From Sinorhizobium meliloti (GTDB taxonomy: Bacteria > Pseudomonadota > Alphaproteobacteria > Rhizobiales > Rhizobiaceae): a DNA stretch of 32,000 bases. This document shows, piece by piece, positions 31,901 through 32,000 of the stretch. A program made the position numbers and the translations under genes. The notes beneath the pieces were generated by a model. It had not been told where the DNA came from. It ran no database searches and saw only the letters and a program-made list of their open reading frames with translations. Positions within the stretch are counted from its first letter, which is position 1, and each line of letters starts with the position of its first letter. The DNA lies in NCBI RefSeq assembly GCF_017876815.1, contig NZ_JAGIOS010000004.1, positions 1-32,000 of the forward strand, given 5' to 3'.

Positions 31901-32000
31901 GGCAAAGGATCGTCCTCTCCAGCCTCAAACGCGCGGTAAAGGCTGCTGAGCTCGCGCACCAGCACCCCCATCGACCAGCCGTCCGAGACTATGTGATGCT
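1933..32000 (-). CDS. Giant multimodular non-ribosomal peptide synthetase (NRPS), 5'-partial; nine complete C-A-T modules plus the start of a tenth in one uninterrupted frame
   Basis: Single minus-strand ORF 1933..31971 (10,012 aa) in the supplied track. The frame stays open to nt 32000. The condensation His-motif HHIVSDGW is encoded at 31975-31998, upstream of the first listed Met, so that Met (31971) is internal and the true start lies beyond the window. The translation shows repeated canonical NRPS motifs: C (HHxxxD), A3 [42 protein letters not shown]10 NGKLDRKAL, and [11 protein letters not shown]. Confidence 0.97.
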   Translation of the reverse strand, partial: HHIVSDGWSMGVLVRELSSLYRAFEAGEDDPLPPLAIQYPDYAAWQRQWLSGERLQRQAQYWRDTLSGAPARLALPTDRPRPAQQSFAGASVPVIIDEALTRGLKRLSRQHGTTLFMTVLAAWAAVLSRLSGQDDIVIGVPTANRRRREIEDLIGFFVNTLAVRIDLSGEPSVSDLLERARRAALTAQDHQDLPFEQVVEIVQPPRALGHTPLFQVGLAWQNNTGGSLDLPGLQVEAAGEGLDQVKFDLELNLGEQGEAIAGTLGYATALFDRATIERQCGYLLALLRAMLADAEQPVSELDILPPDERSYLLEELNRTEADYPSDLCVHALFEAQVRRVPDAVALVFEEQSISYGALNADANRLAHHLIGLGVRPDQPVAICVERSPAMVVGLLAILKAGGAYVPLDPAYPGERLRQLLDDAGPRLLLCDAAGRAALGAEAIADLSAVDLDAAMPAWADQSADDPDPHALGLTARNLAYVIYTSGSTGTPKGVMVEHRGMTNYLSWARESYAPISSSVVSSSLAFDATVNSLFAPLVSGGHALLTKEGDEVEGIRSRVGTPCGLVNVTPSHLDVLGQQLQSAGDASQVEVLVIGGEALSSSTVELWRQIQPAARMVNEYGPTEAVVGCAFHDIPADLSASTNVPIGRPIANTRLYVLDGHGQPVPFGAVGELYIGGAGVARGYLNRPDLTAERFLADRFSGKAGARMYRSGDLARYLPDGNLEFLGRNDDQVKIRGFRIEPGEIAARLLEHELVGDAAVVAHADAAGDKRLVAYVVAKTTDGSAEADGAGLAASLRAHLGGLLPDYMVPSAFVRLDALPLTVNGKLDRKALPVPDDDAYARRAYEAPQGEIETLLAGIWAELLGVEQVGRHDNFFELGGHSLLAVQMMERLRRLSLGVEVRTVFAKPMLADLAASLGSHREVAVPANPITEQSTAITPQMLPLIDLTQPEIDRIVSTVPGGVGNIQDIYGLSPLQDGILFHHLLATQGDPYLLMSQMAFAERGVLDRYLAAVQQVVDRHDILRTAFVWEGLSSPAQVVWRKAALDVLEVELEGCDGSGADELRRRFDPRQYRLDLGRAPLMRFVIAREPGSGRWLLLVLQHHLIGDHTTAEVMHAEVRAVLQGRAHELAAPQPFRNLVAQARLGMDAKAHEAFFREMLADIDEPTLPFALSEVYGDGRGSREARRMLPQALNDRLRHQARRLGVSLASLCHLAWAQVVALSSGREQVVFGTVLFGRMHAGAGADRAMGLFVNTLPLRLDLDETGVEESVRIAHARLAELLSHEHASLALAQRCSDIAAPAPLFSALLNYRHNTPAMAGEGTSDVLSGMEWLGDEERTNYPLTLSVDDFGQELGLTADAVEPISADRICGYMQRALEQLVDALEQAPDRPVRELDILPAEERSYLLEELNRTEADYPSDLCVHALFEAQVRRVPDAVALVFEEQSISYGALNADANRLAHHLIGLGVRPDQPVAICVERSPAMVVGLLAILKAGGAYVPLDPAYPGERLRQLLDDAGPRLLLCDAAGRAALGAEAIDDLSAVDLDAAMPAWADQSADDPDPHALGLTARNLAYVIYTSGSTGTPKGVMVEHRGMTNYLSWARESYAPISSSVVSSSLAFDATVNSLFAPLVSGGHALLTKEGDEVEGIRSRVGTPCGLVNVTPSHLDVLGQQLQSAGDASQVEVLVIGGEALSSSTVELWRQIQPAARMVNEYGPTEAVVGCAFHDIPADLSASTNVPIGRPIANTRLYVLDGHGQPVPFGAVGELYIGGAGVARGYLNRPDLTAERFLADRFSGKAGARMYRSGDLARYLPDGNLEFLGRNDDQVKIRGFRIEPGEIAARLLEHELVGDAAVVAHADAAGDKRLVAYVVAKTTDGSAEADGAGLAASLRAHLGGLLPDYMVPSAFVRLDALPLTVNGKLDRKALPVPDDDAYARRAYEAPQGEIETLLAGIWAELLGVEQVGRHDNFFELGGHSLLAVQMMERLRRLSLGVEVRTVFAKPMLADLAASLGSHREVAVPANPITEQSTAITPQMLPLIDLTQPEIDRIVSTVPGGVGNIQDIYGLSPLQDGILFHHLLATQGDPYLLMSQMAFAERGVLDRYLAAVQQVVDRHDILRTAFVWEGLSSPAQVVWRKAALDVLEVELEGCDGSGADELRRRFDPRQYRLDLGRAPLMRFVIAREPGSGRWLLLVLQHHLIGDHTTAEVMHAEVRAVLQGRAHELAAPQPFRNLVAQARLGMDAKAHEAFFREMLADIDEPTLPFALSEVYGDGRGSREARRMLPQALNDRLRHQARRLGVSLASLCHLAWAQVVALSSGREQVVFGTVLFGRMHAGAGADRAMGLFMNTLPLRLDLDETGVEESVRIAHARLAELLSHEHASLALAQRCSDIAAPAPLFSALLNYRHNTPAMAGEGTSDVLSGMEWLGDEERTNYPLTLSVDDFGQELGLTADAVEPISADRICGYMQRALEQLVDALEQAPDRPVRELDILPAEERSYLLEELNRTEADYPSDLCVHALFEAQVRRVPDAVALVFEEQSISYGALNADANRLAHHLIGLGVRPDQPVAICVERSPAMVVGLLAILKAGGAYVPLDPAYPGERLRQLLDDAGPRLLLCDAAGRAALGAEAIADLSAVDLDAAMPAWADQSADDPDPHALGLTARNLAYVIYTSGSTGTPKGVMVEHRGMTNYLSWARESYAPISSSVVSSSLAFDATVNSLFAPLVSGGHALLTKEGDEVEGIRSRVGTPCGLVNVTPSHLDVLGQQLQSAGDASQVEVLVIGGEALSSSTVELWRQIQPAARMVNEYGPTEAVVGCAFHDIPADLSASTNVPIGRPIANTRLYVLDGHGAPVPFGAVGELYIGGAGVARGYLNRPDLTAERFLADRFSGKAGARMYRSGDLARYLPDGNLEFLGRNDDQVKIRGFRIEPGEIAARLLEHELVGDAAVVAHADAAGDKRLVAYVVAKTTDGSAEADGAGLAASLRAHLGGLLPDYMVPSAFVRLDALPLTVNGKLDRKALPVPDDDAYARRAYEAPQGEIETLLAGIWAELLGVEQVGRHDNFFELGGHSLLAVQMMERLRRLSLGVEVRTVFAKPMLADLAASLGSHREVAVPANPITEQSTAITPQMLPLIDLTQPEIDRIVSTVPGGVGNIQDIYGLSPLQDGILFHHLLATQGDPYLLMSQMAFAERGVLDRYLAAVQQVVDRHDILRTAFVWEGLSSPAQVVWRKAALDVLEVELEGCDGSGADELRRRFDPRQYRLDLGRAPLMRFVIAREPGSGRWLLLVLQHHLIGDHTTAEVMHAEVRAVLQGRAHELAAPQPFRNLVAQARLGMDAKAHEAFFREMLADIDEPTLPFALSEVYGDGRGSREARRMLPQALNDRLRHQARRLGVSLASLCHLAWAQVVALSSGREQVVFGTVLFGRMHAGAGADRAMGLFMNTLPLRLDLDETGVEESVRIAHARLAELLSHEHASLALAQRCSDIAAPAPLFSALLNYRHNTPAMAGEGTSDVLSGMEWLGGEERTNYPLTLSVDDFGQELGLTADAVEPISADRICGYMQRALEQLVDALERAPDRPVRELDILPAEERSYLLEELNRTEADYPSDLCVHALFEAQVRRVPDAVALVFEEQSISYGALNADANRLAHHLIGLGVRPDQPVAICVERSPAMVVGLLAILKAGGAYVPLDPAYPGERLRQLLDDAGPRLLLCDAAGRAALGAEAIADLSAVDLDTAMPAWADQSADDPDPHALGLTARNLAYVIYTSGSTGTPKGVMVEHRNTVNLLHWSGGVFAESEIRRTLFSTSVCFDLSVYECFLPLSQGSKLYLVEDALKLARTPVDASLINTVPSAITALVNQKAVPASASVINLAGERVKADLIERIFESTRVQKICNLYAPSETTTYSTWICMPRGQAVVETIGRPISNTRIYLLDGHGQPVPFGAVGELYIGGAGVARGYLNRPDLTAERFLADPFSGKAGARMYRSGDLARYLPDGNLEFLGRNDDQVKIRGFRIEPGEIAARLLEHELVGDAAVVAHADAAGDKRLVAYVVAKTTDGSAEADGAGLAASLRAHLGGLLPDYMVPSAFVRLDALPLTVNGKLDRKALPVPDDDAYARRAYEAPQGEIETLLAGIWAELLGVEQVGRHDNFFELGGHSLLAVQMMERLRRLSLGVEVRTVFAKPMLADLAASLGSHREVAVPANPITEQSTAITPQMLPLIDLTQPEIDRIVSTVPGGVGNIQDIYGLSPLQDGILFHHLLATQGDPYLLMSQMAFAERGVLDRYLAAVQQVVDRHDILRTAFVWEGLSSPAQVVWRKAALDVLEVELEGCDGSGADELRRRFDPRQYRLDLGRAPLMRFVIAREPGSGRWLLLVLQHHLIGDHTTAEVMHAEVRAVLQGRAHELAAPQPFRNLVAQARLGMDAKAHEAFFREMLADIDEPTLPFALSEVYGDGRGSREARRMLPQALNDRLRHQARRLGVSLASLCHLAWAQVVALSSGREQVVFGTVLFGRMHAGAGADRAMGLFMNTLPLRLDLDETGVEESVRIAHARLAELLSHEHASLALAQRCSDIAAPAPLFSALLNYRHNTPAMAGEGTSDVLSGMEWLGDEERTNYPLTLSVDDFGQELGLTADAVEPISADRICGYMQRALEQLVDALEQAPDRPVRELDILPAEERSYLLEELNRTEADYPSDLCVHALFEAQVRRVPDAVALVFEEQSISYGALNADANRLAHHLIGLGVRPDQPVAICVERSPAMVVGLLAILKAGGAYVPLDPAYPGERLRQLLDDAGPRLLLCDAAGRAALGAEAIADLSAVDLDAAMPAWADQSADDPDPHALGLTARNLAYVIYTSGSTGTPKGVMVEHASVLNVLRALLDVSGLTERDSLLAITTISFDIAGLELYLPLAVGANVVVAHGTSVIGLQRYLSHQKITVMQATPAAWRMLFDAGWEGAPDLSALCGGEALPSELASNLGRRVKSLRNLYGPTETTIWATTFLTDTRIEAPHRYVPIGRPIANTRLYVLDGHGQPVPFGAVGELYIGGAGVARGYLNRPDLTAERFLADPFSGKAGARMYRSGDLARYLPDGNLEFLGRNDDQVKIRGFRIEPGEIAARLLEHELVGDAAVVAHADAAGDKRLVAYVVAKTTDGSAEADGAGLAASLRAHLGGLLPDYMVPSAFVRLDALPLTVNGKLDRKALPVPDDDAYARRAYEAPQGEIETLLAGIWAELLGVEQVGRHDNFFELGGHSLLAVQMMERLRRLSLGVEVRTVFAKPMLADLAASLGSHREVAVPANPITEQSTAITPQMLPLIDLTQPEIDRIVSTVPGGVGNIQDIYGLSPLQDGILFHHLLATQGDPYLLMSQMAFAERGVLDRYLAAVQQVVDRHDILRTAFVWEGLSSPAQVVWRKAALDVLEVELEGCDGSGADELRRRFDPRQYRLDLGRAPLMRFVIAREPGSGRWLLLVLQHHLIGDHTTAEVMHAEVRAVLQGRAHELAAPQPFRNLVAQARLGMDAKAHEAFFREMLADIDEPTLPFALSEVYGDGRGSREARRMLPQALNDRLRHQARRLGVSLASLCHLAWAQVVALSSGREQVVFGTVLFGRMHAGAGADRAMGLFMNTLPLRLDLDETGVEESVRIAHARLAELLSHEHASLALAQRCSDIAAPAPLFSALLNYRHNTPAMAGEGTSDVLSGMEWLGGEERTNYPLTLSVDDFGQELGLTADAVEPISADRICGYMQRALEQLVDALEQAPDRPVRELDILPAEERSYLLEELNRTEADYPSDLCVHALFEAQVRRVPDAVALVFEEQSISYGALNADANRLAHHLIGLGVRPDQPVAICVERSPAMVVGLLAILKAGGAYVPLDPAYPGERLRQLLDDAGPRLLLCDAAGRAALGAEAIADLSAVDLDAAMPAWADQSADDPDPHALGLTARNLAYVIYTSGSTGTPKGVMVEHASVLNVLRALLDVSGLTERDSLLAITTISFDIAGLELYLPLAVGANVVVAHGTSVIGLQRYLSHQKITVMQATPAAWRMLFDAGWEGAPDLSALCGGEALPSELASNLGRRVKSLRNLYGPTETTIWATTFLTDTRIEAPHRYVPIGRPIANTRLYVLDGHGQPVPFGAVGELYIGGAGVARGYLNRPDLTAERFLADPFSGKAGARMYRSGDLARYLPDGNLEFLGRNDDQVKIRGFRIEPGEIAARLLEHELVGDAAVVAHADAAGDKRLVAYVVAKTTDGSAEADGAGLAASLRAHLGGLLPDYMVPSAFVRLDALPLTVNGKLDRKALPVPDDDAYARRAYEAPQGEIETLLAGIWAELLGVEQVGRHDNFFELGGHSLLAVRVLVRLTEALAVELPLAILFAKPTLADLALSVGEVLNGSGAQTAPVIMPVGRDGALPLSYSQQRLWFLAQLDEDSTNYNIPLGWRLQGRLDRVAWRRSLDRLFARHEALRCTFVAGEDDPQVQILSGDRGLPVVEHDLRDRPDAQAALLDLCQEEARTPFDLAREPLIRGRLIRLADEEHVFLLTQHHIVSDGWSMGVLVRELSSLYRAFEAGEDDPLPPLAIQYPDYAAWQRQWLSGERLQRQAQYWRDTLSGAPARLALPTDRPRPAQQSFAGASVPVIIDEALTRGLKRLSRQHGTTLFMTVLAAWAAVLSRLSGQDDIVIGVPTANRRRREIEDLIGFFVNTLAVRIDLSGEPSVSDLLERARRAALTAQDHQDLPFEQVVEIVQPPRALGHTPLFQVGLAWQNNTGGSLDLPGLQVEAAGEGLDQVKFDLELNLGEQGEAIAGTLGYATALFDRATIERQCGYLLALLRAMLADAEQPVSELDILPPDERSYLLEELNRTEADYPSDLCVHALFEAQVRRVPDAVALVFEEQSISYGALNADANRLAHHLIGLGVRPDQPVAICVERSPAMVVGLLAILKAGGAYVPLDPAYPGERLRQLLDDAGPRLLLCDAAGRAALGAEAIADLSAVDLDTAMPAWADQSADDPDPHALGLTARNLAYVIYTSGSTGTPKGVMVEHRNTVNLLHWSGGVFAESEIRRTLFSTSVCFDLSVYECFLPLSQGSKLYLVEDALKLARTPVDASLINTVPSAITALVNQKAVPASASVINLAGERVKADLIERIFESTRVQKICNLYAPSETTTYSTWICMPRGQAVVETIGRPISNTRIYLLDGHGQPVPFGAVGELYIGGAGVARGYLNRPDLTAERFLADPFSGKAGARMYRSGDLARYLPDGNLEFLGRNDDQVKIRGFRIEPGEIAARLLEHELVGDAAVVAHADAAGDKRLVAYVVAKTTDGSAEADGAGLAASLRAHLGGLLPDYMVPSAFVRLDALPLTVNGKLDRKALPVPDDDAYARRAYEAPQGEIETLLAGIWAELLGVEQVGRHDNFFELGGHSLLAVRVLVRLTEALAVELPLAILFAKPTLADLALSVGEVLNGSGAQTAPVIMPVGRDGALPLSYSQQRLWFLAQLDEDSTNYNIPLGWRLQGRLDRVAWRRSLDRLFARHEALRCTFVAGEDDPQVQILSGDRGLPVVEHDLRDRPDAQAALLDLCQEEARTPFDLAREPLIRGRLIRLADEEHVFLLTQHHIVSDGWSMGVLVRELSSLYRAFEAGEDDPLPPLAIQYPDYAAWQRQWLSGERLQRQAQYWRDTLSGAPARLALPTDRPRPAQQSFAGASVPVIIDEALTRGLKRLSRQHGTTLFMTVLAAWAAVLSRLSGQDDIVIGVPTANRRRREIEDLIGFFVNTLAVRIDLSGEPSVSDLLERARRAALTAQDHQDLPFEQVVEIVQPPRALGHTPLFQVGLAWQNNTGGSLDLPGLQVEAAGEGLDQVKFDLELNLGEQGEAIAGTLGYATALFDRATIERQCGYLLALLRAMLADAEQPVSELDILPPDERSYLLEELNRTEADYPSDLCVHALFEAQVRRVPDAVALVFEEQSISYGALNADANRLAHHLIGLGVRPDQPVAICVERSPAMVVGLLAILKAGGAYVPLDPAYPGERLRQLLDDAGPRLLLCDAAGRAALGAEAIADLSAVDLDAAMPAWADQSADDPDPHALGLTARNLAYVIYTSGSTGTPKGVMVEHQHLSNYLQWSNRSFYKRTSNGSPVTHSMSFDGIVTTLFGPLLAGTKLHLLDPTVQIISLGELKKGQAFDLVKVTPSHLSILNKKIDDNEGQPPTKALMVGGESLVPADMQLWQRRFPNVRLINHFGPTEATVGCAAFEITGDVEGLTSIPIGRPIANTRLYVLDGHGAPVPFGAVGELYIGGAGVARGYLNRPDLTAERFLADRFSGKAGARMYRSGDLARYLPDGNLEFLGRNDDQVKIRGFRIEPGEIAARLLEHELVGDAAVVAHADAAGDKRLVAYVVAKTTDGSAEADGAGLAASLRAHLGGLLPDYMVPSAFVRLDALPLTVNGKLDRKALPVPDDDAYARRAYEAPQGEIETLLAGIWAELLGVEQVGRHDNFFELGGHSLLAVQMMERLRRLSLGVEVRTVFAKPMLADLAASLGSHREVAVPANPITEQSTAITPQMLPLIDLTQPEIDRIVSTVPGGVGNIQDIYGLSPLQDGILFHHLLATQGDPYLLMSQMAFAERGVLDRYLAAVQQVVDRHDILRTAFVWEGLSSPAQVVWRKAALDVLEVELEGCDGSGADELRRRFDPRQYRLDLGRAPLMRFVIAREPGSGRWLLLVLQHHLIGDHTTAEVMHAEVRAVLQGRAHELAAPQPFRNLVAQARLGMDAKAHEAFFREMLADIDEPTLPFALSEVYGDGRGSREARRMLPQALNDRLRHQARRLGVSLASLCHLAWAQVVALSSGREQVVFGTVLFGRMHAGAGADRAMGLFMNTLPLRLDLDETGVEESVRIAHARLAELLSHEHASLALAQRCSDIAAPAPLFSALLNYRHNTPAMAGEGTSDVLSGMEWLGDEERTNYPLTLSVDDFGQELGLTADAVEPISADRICGYMQRALEQLVDALEQAPDRPVRELDILPAEERSYLLEELNRTEADYPSDLCVHALFEAQVRRVPDAVALVFEEQSISYGALNADANRLAHHLIGLGVRPDQPVAICVERSPAMVVGLLAILKAGGAYVPLDPAYPGERLRQLLDDAGPRLLLCDAAGRAALGAEAIADLSAVDLDTAMPAWADQSADDPDPHALGLTARNLAYVIYTSGSTGTPKGVMVEHRNTVNLLHWSGGVFAESEIRRTLFSTSVCFDLSVYECFLPLSQGSKLYLVEDALKLARTPVDASLINTVPSAITALVNQKAVPASASVINLAGERVKADLIERIFESTRVQKICNLYAPSETTTYSTWICMPRGQAVVETIGRPISNTRIYLLDGHGQPVPFGAVGELYIGGAGVARGYLNRPDLTAERFLADPFSGKAGARMYRSGDLARYLPDGNLEFLGRNDDQVKIRGFRIEPGEIAARLLEHELVGDAAVVAHADAAGDKRLVAYVVAKTTDGSAEADGAGLAASLRAHLGGLLPDYMVPSAFVRLDALPLTVNGKLDRKALPVPDDDAYARRAYEAPQGEIETLLAGIWAELLGVEQVGRHDNFFELGGHSLLAVQMMERLRRLSLGVEVRTVFAKPMLADLAASLGSHREVEVPANPITEQSTAITPQMLPLIDLTQPEIDRIVSTVPGGVGNIQDIYGLSPLQDGILFHHLLATQGDPYLLMSQMAFAERGVLDRYLAAVQQVVDRHDILRTAFVWEGLSSPAQVVWRKAALDVLEVELEGCDGSGADELRRRFDPRQYRLDLGRAPLMRFVIAREPGSGRWLLLVLQHHLIGDHTTAEVMHAEVRAVLQGRAHELAAPQPFRNLVAQARLGMDAKAHEAFFREMLADIDEPTLPFALSEVYGDGRGSREARRMLPQALNDRLRHQARRLGVSLASLCHLAWAQVVALSSGREQVVFGTVLFGRMHAGAGADRAMGLFMNTLPLRLDLDETGVEESVRIAHARLAELLSHEHASLALAQRCCDIAAPAPLFSALLNYRHNTPAMAGEGTSDVLSGMEWLGARNGPTTR
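3208..6465 (-). other. NRPS module M9: C(HHLIGDH type)-A(cassette b, Cys-type)-T
   Basis: C ~5069-6319 (N-terminal HHLLATQGD 6247-6273; HHLIGDH 5893-5913). A ~3460-4965 (A3 4459-4491; cassette b 3985-4443). T ~3208-3414 (Ser codon 3313-3315; AVQMMERL type). Confidence 0.9.
3985..4443 (-). other. A-domain specificity cassette b (copy 3 of 3), Cys-type
   Basis: Same translated block as 20209-20667. The antisense ORFs 3944..4336 and 20168..20560 are identical. Confidence 0.8.
6466..9690 (-). other. NRPS module M8: C(LCL-like)-A(cassette d, Asp-like)-T
   Basis: C ~8357-9619 (HHIVSDGW 9202-9225). A ~6718-8253 (A3 7747-7779; cassette d 7282-7731). T ~6466-6672 (Ser codon 6571-6573; AVQMMERL type). 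Confidence 0.9.
7282..7731 (-). other. A-domain specificity cassette d (single copy); manual code DGTKMGHVGK, Asp-like
   Basis: QHLSNYLQW...[12 protein letters not shown]...LVKVTPSHL...LMVGGESL...[14 protein letters not shown]...LTSIPIGRP (150 codons). T239/K278/H322 match the Asp signature DLTKVGHIGK (7 of 10 residues). Hand-counted GC is 215/450 (about 48 %). Confidence 0.8.
9691..12885 (-). other. NRPS module M7: C(LCL-like)-A(cassette b, Cys-type)-T(variant)
   Basis: C ~11552-12814 ([13 protein letters not shown] start; HHIVSDGW 12397-12420). A ~9943-11448 (A3 10942-10974; cassette b 10468-10926). T ~9691-9897 (Ser codon 9796-9798; [12 protein letters not shown] type). Confidence 0.9.
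10468..10926 (-). other. A-domain specificity cassette b (copy 2 of 3), Cys-type
   Basis: Same translated block as 20209-20667. The antisense ORFs 10427..10819 and 20168..20560 are identical. Confidence 0.8.
12886..16158 (-). other. NRPS module M6: C(HHLIGDH type)-A(cassette c, Gly)-T(variant)
   Basis: C ~14762-16012 (HHLIGDH 15586-15606). A ~13138-14658 (A3 14152-14184; cassette c 13702-14136). T ~12886-13092 (Ser codon 12991-12993; [12 protein letters not shown]-type C-terminal half, which precedes an LCL-like C domain). Confidence 0.9.
13702..14136 (-). other. A-domain specificity cassette c (copy 2 of 3), Gly
   Basis: Same translated block as 16975-17409. Confidence 0.85.
16159..19431 (-). 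other. NRPS module M5: C(HHLIGDH type)-A(cassette c, Gly)-T
   Basis: C ~18035-19285 (HHLIGDH 18859-18879). A ~16411-17931 (A3 17425-17457; cassette c 16975-17409). T ~16159-16365 (Ser codon 16264-16266; AVQMMERL type). Confidence 0.9.
16975..17409 (-). other. A-domain specificity cassette c (copy 1 of 3); manual code DILQLGLIWK, Gly
   Basis: [11 protein letters not shown]...[12 protein letters not shown]...VMQATPAAW...ALCGGEAL...[13 protein letters not shown]...HRYVPIGRP (145 codons). The extracted code equals the textbook Gly signature DILQLGLIWK. Confidence 0.85.
19432..22689 (-). other. NRPS module M4: C(HHLIGDH type)-A(cassette b, Cys-type)-T
   Basis: C ~21293-22543 (HHLIGDH 22117-22137). 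A ~19684-21189 (A3 20683-20715; cassette b 20209-20667). T ~19432-19638 (Ser codon 19537-19539; AVQMMERL type). Confidence 0.9.
20209..20667 (-). other. A-domain specificity cassette b (copy 1 of 3); manual code DLYNNALTYK, Cys-type
   Basis: RNTVNLLHW...[12 protein letters not shown]...LINTVPSAI...VINLAGERV...[14 protein letters not shown]...[17 protein letters not shown]. The divergent block extends past IGRP to the LLDG codons. APSE in place of GPTE, together with the FDLSVYE and NLAGE motifs, is what I recall for Cys-activating A domains. Confidence 0.8.
22690..25968 (-). other. NRPS module M3: C(HHLIGDH type)-A(cassette a)-T
   Basis: C ~24572-25822 (HHLIGDH 25396-25416). A ~22942-24468 (A3 23962-23994; cassette a 23506-23946). 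T ~22690-22896 (Ser codon 22795-22797; AVQMMERL type). Confidence 0.9.
23506..23946 (-). other. A-domain specificity cassette a (copy 3 of 3)
   Basis: Same translated block as 30064-30504. Its downstream flank differs (GHGAPVPFG instead of GHGQPVPFG; SNP cluster 23445-23461). Confidence 0.8.
25969..29247 (-). other. NRPS module M2: C(HHLIGDH type)-A(cassette a)-T
   Basis: C ~27851-29101 (HHLIGDH 28675-28695). A ~26221-27747 (A3 27241-27273; cassette a 26785-27225). T ~25969-26175 (Ser codon 26074-26076; AVQMMERL type). Confidence 0.9.
26785..27225 (-). other. A-domain specificity cassette a (copy 2 of 3)
   Basis: Same translated block as 30064-30504. The antisense ORFs 26664..27194 and 29943..30473 have identical translations. 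Confidence 0.8.
29248..32000 (-). other. NRPS module M1: C(LCL-like, partial)-A(cassette a)-T
   Basis: C ~31130-32000 (HHIVSDGW 31975-31998, N-terminal part outside the window). A ~29500-31026 (A3 [11 protein letters not shown] 30520-30552; cassette a 30064-30504). T ~29248-29454 (GGHS Ser codon 29353-29355; AVQMMERL-type C-terminal half). Confidence 0.9.
30064..30504 (-). other. A-domain specificity cassette a (copy 1 of 3); manual 10-residue code DANNVGEVGK, substrate unassigned (Asn-like)
   Basis: 147 codons lie between the conserved VMVEH and IGRP codons: RGMTNYLSW...[11 protein letters not shown]...LVNVTPSHL...LVIGGEAL...[14 protein letters not shown]. The code was extracted by hand alignment to GrsA-PheA positions 235-331 plus the Lys of NGKLDRK. 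The same sequence occurs in M2 and M3. Confidence 0.8.

Larger units (their letters stand above)
1..32000 (-). repeat. In-frame tandem array of ten NRPS module units (unit 3195-3279 nt) with near-identical scaffold segments
   Basis: Carrier-protein Ser codons are at 29353, 26074, 22795, 19537, 16264, 12991, 9796, 6571, 3313 and 47, giving spacings of 3279, 3279, 3258, 3273, 3273, 3195, 3225, 3258 and 3266 nt. Identical antisense ORFs recur at the same offsets in the ORF track; for example the 392-aa plus-strand ORF occurs 7 times with at most 1 aa change. Confidence 0.97.

Noticed and set aside
31969-31971. ATG at 31971 as the start codon of the NRPS (as implied by the ORF track)
   Set aside because: The same frame is open to nt 32000 and encodes HHIVSDGWS immediately upstream. 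The Met is the internal residue of ...[13 protein letters not shown]..., seen identically inside the other LCL-like C domains (M7, M8).
1-32000. Periodic repeats as a CRISPR array, IS elements or another mobile-element array
   Set aside because: The period is ~3.2 kb, not tens of bp. The repeats are in-frame NRPS C-A-T modules. No transposase, integrase, terminal inverted repeats or direct-repeat/spacer architecture is present.
1-32000. Searched each module for E, Cy, MT, Ox, KR or TE/R domains
   Set aside because: Every unit of 1065-1093 codons is fully accounted for by C (~420 aa), A (~500 aa), T (~70 aa) and linkers. I saw no Cy DxxxxD motif, no SAM-binding VLExGxGxG, no E-domain-sized insert, and no GxSxG thioesterase.
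1-32000. Promoters, RBS or terminators inside the window
   Set aside because: The whole window is internal to one reading frame (or its frameshifted continuation). Any -10/-35-like or hairpin matches in the AT-richer cassettes would be chance hits, and I have no supporting context.

Overview
The entire 32-kb window is coding sequence of one giant minus-strand non-ribosomal peptide synthetase (NRPS) gene that runs off both window edges. There is no intergenic DNA, RNA gene, mobile element or CRISPR array. I resolve ten consecutive C-A-T modules, M1 at the right edge to M10 at the left edge (transcription is right to left), spaced 3195-3279 nt apart. The modules are built from almost nucleotide-identical scaffold DNA (about 67 % GC by hand count). 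Two kinds of divergent cassettes sit in this scaffold at recurrent, codon-precise breakpoints. (i) A 420-450-nt A-domain specificity cassette lies between the A3 motif ([10 protein letters not shown]) and IGRP. It occurs in four versions (a x3, b x3, c x3, d x1), all lower in GC (about 48-58 %). (ii) A ~1.5-kb cassette comprises the C-terminal half of the T domain, the linker and the whole C domain. It occurs in two versions: LCL-like HHIVSDGW (x3), and an atypical HHLIGDH type with an N-terminal HHLxxxxGD dual-E/C-like signature (x7). Manually extracted specificity codes suggest c = Gly (DILQLGLIWK), b = Cys-type (DLYNNALTYK) with no Cy domain anywhere, d = Asp-like (DGTKMGHVGK) and a = unassigned, Asn-like (DANNVGEVGK). 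The colinear prediction for the visible part is X-X-X-Cys-Gly-Gly-Cys-Asx-Cys-Gly. The long ORF in the track (1933..31971) ends only because module 10 carries seven single-base deletions within 1 kb (971-1963), with no accompanying substitutions. This looks more like consensus error in a repeat than real decay, but would truncate the enzyme if real. All plus-strand ORFs in the track are antisense shadows of the NRPS frame. Limits: domain subtypes and substrate codes come from motif reading and memory, not from HMM or BLAST searches. Domain borders are +-30 nt.
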